A DNA stretch of 49,675 nucleotides, taken from positions 1-49,675 of the IMG/VR virus record IMGVR_UViG_3300020045_002457. One strand, given 5' to 3'. The notes beneath the pieces are model-generated. The model had not been told where the DNA came from. It searched no databases and saw only the letters and a program-made list of their open reading frames with translations. A program made the position numbers and the translations under genes. Shown piece after piece: positions 1-8,915 of the stretch (position 1 is its first letter; each line of letters starts with the position of its first letter). The stretch comes from a virus (lineage: Duplodnaviria > Caudoviricetes).

Positions 1-30
1 AAACGCAGGGATCAAGTCAGGTCGTTGATT
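1..30. repeat. 30-bp terminal direct repeat (copy 1); circular assembly overlap
   Basis: aaacgcagggatcaagtcaggtcgttgatt at 1-30 is identical to 49646-49675. Confidence 0.97.
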
Positions 31-831
31 CAATTGCGGCAATGCGGTCAAACCTTGAGCTTTCAGCACCTGATCAACTAAATGTTTGTTTGTGGGATTC
101 ACGTTAGTTGTGAGCCATTTCATTAAACCAGGGAAATCCGTTACGGGCGCGGCGACTGGTGGCAGTGGTGCTTCGACGGCGGCGAGCGATGCTTTTAGGT
201 CGATAACCGGCGGCAATGGGATATCAATTGACACGTGATCCGTCACGATAGGTTGTTGTACTGAATCAATAACCGGCGGCATGACCACAGGGGGTGCAAT
301 TGGATTAGCTGCATCAATGTCATCGGGCGTGTAATTTGCGTCACTGTACGGTGGTTCATCGGTAACCGCGCTACCCATCAGACTAAGCACACCGTCAGTC
401 GGCGGCGTCATCGGTACAGGAATAGCCATCAGCGCTTCGAGTTCAACAGTCACGTCAGCGATCCGCGCCGCCCATTGCGATTCGTCTAAATCTTTCGGTT
501 TGCGGCGTAGCGTCCACGATCCATCCTTATTCGTTGCGCGGCTTGACGCGTGAATACGGTCATCCCACGGTAACGCTGGTAGTGCTGGCGGCGCTACCAA
601 TGTACCCATAGCAATCATATCGTTGATGGTCGGGAATGGCGACTCTACCGCAGCAACATGATCAGGACGATACCCGACACTCATGCCGTTGGTCGATAGT
701 GCGAGCAGTTCATGCTTGATACCGATTGACGACGGCGACTCAATACCCGCCATTTCAGCAAAAGCCCGAGCAAATGCAGTCAGTGCCAATGTGTTATCGC
801 TTGCTACGGTGACGGTGATAGTTTTATCCAT
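1..831 (-). CDS. Pro/Ala-rich hypothetical protein (~285 aa) that wraps the origin and ends at 49619
   Basis: ATG at 831 (MDKTITVTVASDNTLALTAFA...LPWDDRIHASSRATNKDGSWTLRR...). The frame is open to position 1 and continues 49645->49619 (VAALGATL*). Its TGA overlaps the ATG of the 49622 gene. It is missing from the supplied ORF track. Confidence 0.85.
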   Translation of the reverse strand, partial: MDKTITVTVASDNTLALTAFARAFAEMAGIESPSSIGIKHELLALSTNGMSVGYRPDHVAAVESPFPTINDMIAMGTLVAPPALPALPWDDRIHASSRATNKDGSWTLRRKPKDLDESQWAARIADVTVELEALMAIPVPMTPPTDGVLSLMGSAVTDEPPYSDANYTPDDIDAANPIAPPVVMPPVIDSVQQPIVTDHVSIDIPLPPVIDLKASLAAVEAPLPPVAAPVTDFPGLMKWLTTNVNPTNKHLVDQVLKAQGLTALPQLNQRPDLIPAF

Positions 832-872
832 GATTTTTGATACCTATGTAGTTGGTTGAATTGATACGGTGC

Positions 873-916
873 TTGACCGTAACGCCATTATGCGGCATAC
901 TTGGCGAAGTTGTCAA
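873..916. promoter_or_regulatory. Overlapping divergent sigma70-like promoters
   Basis: Plus: TTGACC(873)-17-CATACT(896). Minus: TTGACA(916)-18-CATAAT(892). Both carry TTGAC-N5-CGCCA, and they lie between divergent gene blocks. Confidence 0.75.
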
Positions 917-937
917 CACTCATTGAGAAAATTAGTT

Positions 938-1450
938 ATGTCGCGTGAAAAATTATACGAATACAACGGTATTGTTTATACAGTGCGTGAATTATCAGAA
1001 ATGAGCGGTGTAGGATCTAGCGTAATAATCGCAAGGGTCAATCGTGGAATGACAATTCAAGAAGCAATGGTAGCACCTGTCAGACGTAAACGTCATATCG
1101 AAAAAGTGGCGAGAACCACACCTGCGACCACACTGGGCAGGGTTCAAAAGGTACATTTGTTCAACGGTGCATATTTGACAATACAGGAAATTGCCAAACA
1201 AACAGGCCTACTGCGCTGTGATTTAGCTAAATCAGTGAAGCAAAACCCAGACATACGCTCTGCGGTCGATAGTTGTCGTAAACCTTGTAAGGTTCAGTTA
1301 TTTGAATATAAAGGTCAAATGTTCAGCGTTCTAGAATTATCCAAAATATCCGGTATTAATCATGCCGTGATGAAGTATCGACTACAGGAAAGGGGGTGGG
1401 CAGTGGAACGCGCAGTAACCACACCTGTGAGGGCGGTTAAATGTTTATAG
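938..1450 (+). CDS. Repeated small DNA-binding domain protein (HNH-endonuclease-associated type), with no nuclease motif seen
   Basis: Three repeats: YEYNG.VYTV.ELSEMSG / HLFNG.YLTI.EIAKQTG / FEYKG.MFSV.ELSKISG...GWAVERAVTTP. The likely start is ATG 938, downstream of the promoter. Confidence 0.6.
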   Translation: MSREKLYEYNGIVYTVRELSEMSGVGSSVIIARVNRGMTIQEAMVAPVRRKRHIEKVARTTPATTLGRVQKVHLFNGAYLTIQEIAKQTGLLRCDLAKSVKQNPDIRSAVDSCRKPCKVQLFEYKGQMFSVLELSKISGINHAVMKYRLQERGWAVERAVTTPVRAVKCL

Positions 1451-3114
1451 ATTTAAGGCCGTACCAGTTTAAAGGCAAGTGTGAAATAGCGGAACACTGG
1501 CGGAACGGGGTGATGAATGTACTTGCCGTATATCCCACAGGTGCGGGCAAAACAGTGTTGATGGCGAGTATCATTGCCGATGAACCAGGCGCAACTTGTG
1601 CAATTGCTCACCGTCAAGAATTAGTTGGTCAAATTAGTTTAGCGTTGGCACGTAATGGCGTTCGTCATCGGATTATTGGTACCCAGTTAGTCATCAAAAC
1701 GATTGTGCGTAAGCACATGAAAAAACTCGGCAAGAGTTTCTACGACCCATCATCACGCCATGCTGTCGCGGGTGTTGATACATTAGTGCGGCGCGGTGAC
1801 CAATTAGCATCGTGGCTACCCACCGTCAAACTATGGGTGATTGATGAAGCGCATCACGTTCTAAAAACGAATAAATGGGGTGCTGCGGTCAGCATGTTCC
1901 CGAACGCTCGGGGTTTGGGCGTCACAGCCACACCTTGCCGCGCTGACGGCATGGGTTTAGGTCGTCACGCTGACGGTTATTTCGATGTGATGGTCATCGG
2001 CCCGACAATGCGGGATTTGATCAATGAAGGGTTTTTGACCGAGTACCGTATCTTTGCGCCGCCTAGCAGCTTTCATCGCGAAGACATTAAGGTCAGCCCC
2101 ACTACTGGCGATTTTAATCTTGACGCAATGCGTAAAGTTGTCGCAGCGTCGTCGCTTGTAAAACACGATGAAAAACAAATTACTGGCGACATTGTTCAAA
2201 ATTATTTACGTATTGCACCAGGGTTGAAGGGTATTTGTTTCGTTACTGATATTGATACGGCTAATGAAGTCGCAGCACAATTTAATGCGGCGGGTGTCGC
2301 GGCGGCGGCGCTAAGTAGTCGTAACACTGATGATGAACGCGAAGAAGCTCTTGACCGATTCGAGCGCGGCGAGTTGACAATGCTCGTTAATGTGGATTTA
2401 TTCGGCGAAGGCTTCGACCTGCCGGCTATTGAAGTTGTCATCATGGCGCGACCCACAGAATCATTCGGCCTATACGCTCAACAATTTGGCCGAATGCTGC
2501 GTCTGTTACTCAACAAGATGTTCGGTATTCTAATTGATCACGTTGGGAATGTACTTCGTCACGGTCTACCAGACGCACCGCGCGAATGGTCGCTGGATCG
2601 CCGCGAGAAACGTAGCGCGGGCAAATCGGACGTCGTACCGGTTCGTGTGTGCGTCAAATGTACCAGCGTGTTTGAGAAATTCCTCGACGCTTGCCCGTAT
2701 TGTGGCGAACCGATACCGGCACCAGCCGCGCGCACCAGTATTGAATTTGTGGACGGTGATTTATTCGAGCTGGATGCCGCAACACTCGCTCAGTTACGGG
2801 GCGAGGTGGCTAAGGTCGATATGCCCGTTGCGGAGTATCGCGCTGCGCTACAAGCGAAACATATGCCTCAAATTGGTATCTTGGCTCACACGACACGCCA
2901 CGTTGAGCGTCAAGGCGCGGTAGCCACATTGCGCGATACGATGGCTCACTGGGCGGGATATGAGCGCCACGACGGTTTGAGCGATTCAGAAATTTACCGC
3001 AAGTTTTATCTGCGCTTCGGTGTGGATATGATCGGCGCGCAAACGCTCAAGGTCGGTGAAGTCGAAGAATTAAATCGCAAGATAGTGCTTGACCGCCCCG
3101 CCATTAGTGTTTAA
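1441..3114 (+). CDS. Superfamily 2 DEAH helicase with C-terminal Zn finger (RadD/YejH-like)
   Basis: LRPYQ Q-motif, YPTGAGKT, DEAHH, TATP, QQFGRMLR, CVKC...CPYC. Confidence 0.93.
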   Translation: MFIDLRPYQFKGKCEIAEHWRNGVMNVLAVYPTGAGKTVLMASIIADEPGATCAIAHRQELVGQISLALARNGVRHRIIGTQLVIKTIVRKHMKKLGKSFYDPSSRHAVAGVDTLVRRGDQLASWLPTVKLWVIDEAHHVLKTNKWGAAVSMFPNARGLGVTATPCRADGMGLGRHADGYFDVMVIGPTMRDLINEGFLTEYRIFAPPSSFHREDIKVSPTTGDFNLDAMRKVVAASSLVKHDEKQITGDIVQNYLRIAPGLKGICFVTDIDTANEVAAQFNAAGVAAAALSSRNTDDEREEALDRFERGELTMLVNVDLFGEGFDLPAIEVVIMARPTESFGLYAQQFGRMLRLLLNKMFGILIDHVGNVLRHGLPDAPREWSLDRREKRSAGKSDVVPVRVCVKCTSVFEKFLDACPYCGEPIPAPAARTSIEFVDGDLFELDAATLAQLRGEVAKVDMPVAEYRAALQAKHMPQIGILAHTTRHVERQGAVATLRDTMAHWAGYERHDGLSDSEIYRKFYLRFGVDMIGAQTLKVGEVEELNRKIVLDRPAISV

Positions 3115-3117
3115 CAT
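3089..3117 (+). promoter_or_regulatory. sigma70-like promoter upstream of the ibrB/ibrA operon
   Basis: TTGACC-17-TAACAT, with CGCCA at 3099. Confidence 0.7.
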
Positions 3118-3155
3118 AGGTGAATCGAATCACCACACAGCAACGAGGCAACCAA

Positions 3156-3296
3156 ATGAACAACCAACTACGCACCGCAATGGATCTACTCAAAGCAAAC
3201 GAAACCGGCACCGCTCGCGTTTCAGCAATGCGTCGTGTCATGCTTGCAACACCTGTTGAACTTGAAATGATTATCGAGGCGTATCAATCATGTTAA
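3156..3296 (+). CDS. Small hypothetical protein (46 aa)
   Basis: GAGG RBS, then ATG 3156 MNNQLRTAMDLLKANETG...; overlaps the next gene; below the ORF-track cutoff. Confidence 0.6.
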   Translation: MNNQLRTAMDLLKANETGTARVSAMRRVMLATPVELEMIIEAYQSC

Positions 3297-3475
3297 TCCA
3301 CGTCCTGTTTGTAAAAGATAAACCAGTCGGGGTAAGCGTTAACCCGTTCACGTTGCCTGAGTACGGCGATAAAACTTCAATCACTCAGGTTGTTTATGCA
3401 CCCGTTCCGACTGTTGAACAAGCGTTACGGGCTGATATTAATAACGCCGTTGGGCAAATTGAGGCGTCACGATGA
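3290..3475 (+). CDS. Hypothetical protein
   Basis: GAGG RBS; ATGA-coupled to the next gene. Confidence 0.65.
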   Translation: MLIHVLFVKDKPVGVSVNPFTLPEYGDKTSITQVVYAPVPTVEQALRADINNAVGQIEASR

Positions 3476-4605
3476 ATTTTGATTTAATTATTGGTCAAAT
3501 CGCAGAATTGCCGTTCGAGGAAAAAGTTGACGCAATTAATCAACTACGTGAAGCGATCCACGGTATCAGCCCATTCGCTACCGAACCCGTGGATTTCGTC
3601 AAATGGGTCAAAAATACCAACGTTCACGCTAACGACTACAACCCGAATACGGTTGCACCGCCTGAAATGGAATTGTTGCGTTTATCCATTGATGCTGATG
3701 GTTATACACAGCCAATTGTTTCAATGCCTGATCCAGACGGACGCTTTGAGGTCATTGACGGCTTTCACCGGCACCGCGTCGGCAAAGAATGCAAAGCGAT
3801 TCAAAAACGAGTTCACGGCTATTTGCCACTCGTTCAGATTCGTGAGGGTCAATACGACAAAACGAATCGAATGGCGTCCACAATTCGCCATAACCGAGCG
3901 CGCGGCAAGCACAAGGTCGAAGCGATGAGCGATATTGTCATCGAGTTAAAGCGCCGCAATTGGGCCGATGAGAAAATCAGTCGTGAACTCGGTATGGATC
4001 AGGATGAAGTATTGCGCCTATGTCAAATCACCGGACTAGCCGAACTATTCCAAGATCAAGAATTTAGCAAGTCGTGGGATGTTGAGGGCGAGATTAACCC
4101 TGGCGACTTTGAAGAATTGACCGACGATGTGGATTCATACGGTGACGAAGTAGAAAAATTCCGTACCGTAAATACCAGCGATGACGGTCGCGTGTTTCAT
4201 ACCTACGAAAAGTGGGAATGTCACAAAGCGGGCTTTTATGAAAATACCAAAGAAGGTATGACGAAAGCACAATGTGAGGAAGCATACCGCGAGTTTCTGG
4301 CCGACACGTTGCGCTTTGCATTCACGCTTGAAAAAGTCGTCACCGAATGGAAGCACTCGTGTGAACATTACCTGACCAACGTTTCAATGAATCGTATCGC
4401 ATGGCTCGGGCAAGCGGCGGCATGTTACGAAATGGGTATCCCTTCATCGTATCGCGGCGGGTTTTTCCTACTGACCGAAGATGAACAGCAAGCGGCCAAT
4501 GAAACGGCGTTAATCTACTTGAATCAATGGCTCGTGGCGAATGACCGCGAAGAAGTCACGCTAGAAGTTGCCTATTCCGGCAGTCGTCAATCTGATATTT
4601 ACTGA
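3472..4605 (+). CDS. ibrB: IbrB-like ParB/Srx-domain protein with an additional C-terminal domain
   Basis: ANDYNPN.VAPPEM.LL..SI..DGYTQPIV, EVIDGFHR, STIRHNRARGKH, then an HTH-like ISRELGMDQDEVLRL. Confidence 0.85.
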   Translation: MNFDLIIGQIAELPFEEKVDAINQLREAIHGISPFATEPVDFVKWVKNTNVHANDYNPNTVAPPEMELLRLSIDADGYTQPIVSMPDPDGRFEVIDGFHRHRVGKECKAIQKRVHGYLPLVQIREGQYDKTNRMASTIRHNRARGKHKVEAMSDIVIELKRRNWADEKISRELGMDQDEVLRLCQITGLAELFQDQEFSKSWDVEGEINPGDFEELTDDVDSYGDEVEKFRTVNTSDDGRVFHTYEKWECHKAGFYENTKEGMTKAQCEEAYREFLADTLRFAFTLEKVVTEWKHSCEHYLTNVSMNRIAWLGQAAACYEMGIPSSYRGGFFLLTEDEQQAANETALIYLNQWLVANDREEVTLEVAYSGSRQSDIY

Positions 4606-4612
4606 GATCATC

Positions 4613-5812
4613 ATGGGAATCAAACGATATAACGATGTGGACGTGCTGACAGCCGCCCGCAATCGAATCAAAGAAACATTCGATTCGTGTGATCGTATTT
4701 ACATTGCGTTCAGCGGCGGTAAAGATAGCAGCGTGATGTTTCACTTGGTCATGGAAGAAGCTATCGCCCGCAATCGAATCGTCGGCGTGATGTTTCTCGA
4801 CCTCGAAGCACAGTATAAAGAAACAATCCGTCACGCTAAAGAAATGTTCGATATGTACGCGGCGAACATTGATCCACACTGGATCTGCGTGCCGATGTTG
4901 CTACGCAATGCCGTTACCAATTACGAACCACGCTGGATGTGCTGGGACCCCGAGAAAAAAGATTTGTGGATTCGACCAAAACCAGAATGGGCCAAAACCG
5001 AGGATGATTATCCGTTTGTGGTTCCCGGTATGGAGTTTGAGGAATTGATCGTTCTATTTGGCGAGTGGTATGGTCAAGGCGTTCGAACGGGTGGATTTAT
5101 CGGTATTCGAGCACAAGAAAGTTTACATCGTTATTGCGCCATTGCCACATGGGAAAAGCGCGACTTGATGATGAATAACCGCCGCTGGACGACTAAAATC
5201 GTCGCCGAAACGTACAATATTTATCCAATTTATGACTGGCTCGTTGATGACATTTGGCGCTTTCACGCGGTTTATCCGGACCGCCCGCACAACGAAATTT
5301 ACGACAAGATGCAAATGGCAGGCGTCAAGTTGAGTCAACAGCGCCTTTGCCAGCCGTTCGGCGACGATCAACGCCGTGGATTGTGGCTTTACCATATTCT
5401 CGAACCTGAAACATGGGCCAAACTAATCGCCCGCGTCAATGGTGTGAATAGCGGTACGCTTTACATCAACGATTCGGGTAATGTGAACGGTTACAATAAA
5501 ATCACATTGCCGCCAGGTCACACATGGAAAAGCTTTTGCAATTTGTTACTGCAAACCATGCCGCCCAAAACGCGAACGCATTACACGATCCGATTCAAAA
5601 AATTTATTTACGGCTGGACACGTCGCGGTTATACGACGATCCCCGAGGAAGCGCCGCCAGAACTCGAGGCAAAGTGTTGGGCTCCGTCGTGGCGTCGAAT
5701 GTGCAAGGTATTACTTCGTAACGATTGGTGGTGCAAAGGTCTCGGGCAGACTCAGCCTAAAAGCGAAGCGTGGCAACGTTATAAACAAATTAAGAAGGAT
5801 CGGACAGCATGA
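4613..5812 (+). CDS. ibrA: IbrA-like PAPS-reductase-family (PP-loop) protein with DUF3440-type C-terminus
   Basis: AFSGGKDS PP-loop, GIRAQESLHR, YPIYDW...DIW, QRLCQPFG, PSWRRMCK.LLRND.WCK.L; likely start ATG 4613. Confidence 0.88.
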   Translation: MGIKRYNDVDVLTAARNRIKETFDSCDRIYIAFSGGKDSSVMFHLVMEEAIARNRIVGVMFLDLEAQYKETIRHAKEMFDMYAANIDPHWICVPMLLRNAVTNYEPRWMCWDPEKKDLWIRPKPEWAKTEDDYPFVVPGMEFEELIVLFGEWYGQGVRTGGFIGIRAQESLHRYCAIATWEKRDLMMNNRRWTTKIVAETYNIYPIYDWLVDDIWRFHAVYPDRPHNEIYDKMQMAGVKLSQQRLCQPFGDDQRRGLWLYHILEPETWAKLIARVNGVNSGTLYINDSGNVNGYNKITLPPGHTWKSFCNLLLQTMPPKTRTHYTIRFKKFIYGWTRRGYTTIPEEAPPELEAKCWAPSWRRMCKVLLRNDWWCKGLGQTQPKSEAWQRYKQIKKDRTA

Positions 5813-6273
5813 CCATCATTAAAATTGACACAAAGGGTGTAACGAAAGCGAAAAAAGCGATTGATAATTGCGCTGCGGTGCTGGCGCGTATCGATGGTGA
5901 TCTGATCAACGGTCAAGCCGTACCGTTCGAGCCGGAGTTTAGCTGCTTTCGCTTATTTCTACGCACCGGCCTCATGTACGGTATGTTGCGCGAGGTTGAA
6001 GCGCCGACCAAACGAATCACGACGACGGGTGTTTGGCTGAAGACGCGCATACCGCCACAAATCGAAGTTACGGGTGTCAGCACTCGACAGAAGGGCGATT
6101 GTTCAAATCTCAAGCCACGATCTGAACCACCGATTCAACGTCACACAATGGCGCGAGTGGAGCGAAGCAACCCGAGTCGGTTGTCACTGATTGGACGGAT
6201 CGAGGATGCGGGCGGATATGATGCGGAGTATCAGCTAGCTAAATTAAAAATGATGAGGGAGTTACGAGCATGA
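5809..6273 (+). CDS. Hypothetical protein
   Basis: ATGA-coupled on both sides; AAGGA RBS. Confidence 0.7.
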   Translation: MTIIKIDTKGVTKAKKAIDNCAAVLARIDGDLINGQAVPFEPEFSCFRLFLRTGLMYGMLREVEAPTKRITTTGVWLKTRIPPQIEVTGVSTRQKGDCSNLKPRSEPPIQRHTMARVERSNPSRLSLIGRIEDAGGYDAEYQLAKLKMMRELRA

Positions 6274-6668
6274 CTAAACGATACACAGACGAACAAATAC
6301 TATCGTCAATCCAATTAATATGGCTCAAAAGCGCGTGCGGTCTAACATTAAGCAATTATACGGACGGTACGCATAAGATCTGGGTACAGGATTATACATG
6401 GCGCAACGTGCGCGCGTTCGCGTGTGGGATTGAAGGTATCCCGTCTGCAACAGTAATCCGAAGATGTAAACAACTGGAATCTCAAGGTTTGGTCATTATT
6501 CCAGTGAGACGACCCGGCAGCGTATGGTGCATCCACCCCACGGAGCAAGAGGCGAAACGGTTGATTGATTTGGCGTATAGATGGTGGGAATCGATCGGGT
6601 ATGATAGAACAGTCACCTATGCTCGGTCACCTTTACACCACATTCCATCAAGCGAACCAACACCATGA
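6270..6668 (+). CDS. Hypothetical protein, possibly winged-HTH
   Basis: Coupled ORF; IPSATVIRRCKQLESQGLV resembles a wHTH recognition helix and wing. Confidence 0.6.
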   Translation: MTKRYTDEQILSSIQLIWLKSACGLTLSNYTDGTHKIWVQDYTWRNVRAFACGIEGIPSATVIRRCKQLESQGLVIIPVRRPGSVWCIHPTEQEAKRLIDLAYRWWESIGYDRTVTYARSPLHHIPSSEPTP

Positions 6669-7144
6669 CCACACTCAATCAATGGGCAATCCGTCACGGC
6701 GTATCACATGTTGCGCTGGCTGACTTGCGGGCGATGATGGGCGTTGATACCGATGTGGCTACCGTGGCGGCTAAAGCGGGCAGTGAAGCGCAAGTGCAGC
6801 AATTGATTCGCCTCGAAGCGTCACGGATCGGTTGTCGTATCTGGCGCAATAATGTGGGCGCGTGCAAGGACGAATCAGGACGGATGATCCGTTACGGCCT
6901 GTGCAATGATTCGGCGGCGCTTAATAAAAAAATCAAGTCGCACGACCTTATAGGCATTCGTCCAGTCATTATCACGCCGGCGCATGTCGGGCAAACCATC
7001 GGGCAATTTATCAGCCGCGAGGTCAAAGCGCCCGGCTGGCGATACGCTGGCACGGATCGGGAAGTCGCGCAACTGGCGTGGAGCAATATGATCACATCGC
7101 TGGGTGGTGACGCTCGGTTCGTTACGGGGGAGGGTTCGTTGTGA
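6665..7144 (+). CDS. VRR-NUC (PD-(D/E)XK) nuclease
   Basis: SEAQVQ, WRNNVG, DLIG, EVKAPG, Q..W. Confidence 0.85.
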   Translation: MTTLNQWAIRHGVSHVALADLRAMMGVDTDVATVAAKAGSEAQVQQLIRLEASRIGCRIWRNNVGACKDESGRMIRYGLCNDSAALNKKIKSHDLIGIRPVIITPAHVGQTIGQFISREVKAPGWRYAGTDREVAQLAWSNMITSLGGDARFVTGEGSL

Positions 7145-7845
7145 AGAAGGCGATATTTCTATACGACTTTACCGGGTTAATGGCGCAGCCGTGGCTCGAC
7201 GCGGGTTATGAGTGCTGGTGTTTCGATGGTCAACACCCCGAGGGGATTACCCGCGACGGCTTACATGTGAAAGTCGGTATGTGGTTTTACCCTTATAACA
7301 TCATCGACCAAGCTTTTAAAATTGCAGATACGGTTGGTGACGGCGTGACGTTTGTGTTTGGGTTTCCGGAATGTACGCATTTAGCCGTTAGTGGGGCAGC
7401 TCACTTCGCTAAGAAGCGATTGATAAACCCTAATTTTCAAGATGAAGCGTCGCGTCTAGCTAGATTTGTTGAGGTGGTCGGTGTCGCAGCAAACACACCC
7501 TGGGCGGTGGAAAATCCGGTCAGTGTACTGTCTACACTTTGGCGCAAACCAAATCATAGTTTTCACCCTTGGGAATATGGCGGGTATCTACCAGAAAATG
7601 ACGTTCACCCTCAATACCCTGAGTACATTAGGCCGCGTGATGCATATCCGAAAAAAACATGCATTTGGTCAGGTAACGGGTTTGTAATGCCGGAAAAGAA
7701 ACCCGTTACCGTTGAGCCTGGTTACCCTGACCAGCATAAAAAGCTAGGCGGGAAATCTCTCAAGACTAAAAACATCAGGTCAGCTACACCGCGAGGATTT
7801 GCTCAAGCCGTATTTGAGGCCAATCACTTGACGCCCGCGCCATAA
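7141..7845 (+). CDS. C5 cytosine DNA methyltransferase-like protein (short phage type)
   Basis: FPECTHLAVSG (PC-like motif IV), VENP (motif VI), KKTCIW, RSATPRGFA. Confidence 0.72.
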   Translation: MKKAIFLYDFTGLMAQPWLDAGYECWCFDGQHPEGITRDGLHVKVGMWFYPYNIIDQAFKIADTVGDGVTFVFGFPECTHLAVSGAAHFAKKRLINPNFQDEASRLARFVEVVGVAANTPWAVENPVSVLSTLWRKPNHSFHPWEYGGYLPENDVHPQYPEYIRPRDAYPKKTCIWSGNGFVMPEKKPVTVEPGYPDQHKKLGGKSLKTKNIRSATPRGFAQAVFEANHLTPAP

Positions 7846-7856
7846 TGTAACATACT
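7828..7856 (+). promoter_or_regulatory. sigma70-like promoter upstream of the TetR-like gene
   Basis: TTGACG-17-CATACT, with CGCCA at 7838. Confidence 0.7.
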
Positions 7857-7884
7857 GACACTTTAGACAATAGGAGTAAAACCA

Positions 7885-8205
7885 ATGACACAGACTTACC
7901 CAGATCGTGTTGCGGCGAATAGTGCTGAATTGCGGGGGCGTATCATGCGCGCGGCGTGTACTTTAGCGGAAAAGGAAGGCTACACCAATGTGCGTCGCAA
8001 CGATATTGCTGCAATGGCTGAGGTCGGTAACGGCTCGGTGAACAATCTCGTTGGTGATATGCCCGAACTACGCGACGAAATAATGCGTGAGGCCGTTCGG
8101 ACGGAAAACTTGACGATCATCGCTCAAGGGTTAACTATGGCCGACCCGATTGCGCGCGCCGCCGATATGGAATTGAAGCAACGCGCATTATTAGCAATGG
8201 TATGA
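7885..8205 (+). CDS. TetR-like HTH transcriptional regulator
   Basis: RGRIMRAACTLAEKEGYTNVRRNDIAAMAEVGNGSV matches the TetR N-terminal pattern; AGGAG RBS. Confidence 0.75.
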   Translation: MTQTYPDRVAANSAELRGRIMRAACTLAEKEGYTNVRRNDIAAMAEVGNGSVNNLVGDMPELRDEIMREAVRTENLTIIAQGLTMADPIARAADMELKQRALLAMV

Positions 8206-8240
8206 CCCACCACACCACCACGCAGAAGGAATCCCATCTC

Positions 8241-8693
8241 ATGAAAAAATTAAAGCATATTACGCAATCAAAACCGAATAGCTGCATTTCAGCAACATTA
8301 GCCATGCTTCTAGGTCACGATGATGATTCTCAAGTATGGTCCGAATTTGGCGAAGGCTACACCAAGTCATCAGAAACTCATAATTACGCGTCGTATTTAC
8401 ATACGAAAGGCGTCAAAGTTGATTGTGGTTATCCAGCGCACATCAGTCATCGCATTCAATTAGGTGAAGTGTATCTACTCACTGTTCCAAGTTTGAATAT
8501 TCAAGGCGGCTTTCATTCGATTATTTGGGATGCTCGCGGGCATGATGACAACATGATTTGTTACGATCCGGCTCGTGGTCGCGAAGGTCGCAAGTTTTAC
8601 GTGTGGGATGAAGAAGTCGAAAACGGCGTGCCGTTGAACGGTTACGTCATTGATTTCCGAATCGTATCGGATGGGACAGCGAATCATGAATAA
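8241..8693 (+). CDS. C39-like (papain-fold) cysteine peptidase
   Basis: Q-x5-C (QSKPNSC..ATLAMLL), His in GFHSIIW, YDP; start ATG 8241 after AAGGA. Confidence 0.65.
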   Translation: MKKLKHITQSKPNSCISATLAMLLGHDDDSQVWSEFGEGYTKSSETHNYASYLHTKGVKVDCGYPAHISHRIQLGEVYLLTVPSLNIQGGFHSIIWDARGHDDNMICYDPARGREGRKFYVWDEEVENGVPLNGYVIDFRIVSDGTANHE

Positions 8694-8904
8694 GACCTTA
8701 ACAGCCGATCAAATTACTGAATTATTAGGCGTGCCGCTTGACTGGGAGAATTGCGGTAAGCTGGTTGAACAATATCAACTGAATGTGCATTACATCACAG
8801 ATAACATGTGGGGCGCTGAGTCAGCGATTCGTCACGGTTATGGATATGGTGCCACACCGCTACTTGCTATCGGACGCGCTGTCATCGCCGAACGCAAACT
8901 CTAA
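8686..8904 (+). CDS. Small phage protein (DUF2591/NinX-like)
   Basis: DWENCGKLVEQY...GATPLLAIGRAVI pattern. Confidence 0.55.
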   Translation: MNKTLTADQITELLGVPLDWENCGKLVEQYQLNVHYITDNMWGAESAIRHGYGYGATPLLAIGRAVIAERKL

Positions 8905-8915
8905 AGGCTCTCACC

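Noticed and set aside
1-30. Biological terminal repeat or att site
   Set aside because: It falls inside a continuous ORF and is most simply explained as assembler overlap
7885-8205. Lysogeny repressor / temperate lifestyle
   Set aside because: TetR-like rather than CI-like; no integrase, ParA or protelomerase seen, and the ParB-like gene is IbrB-type
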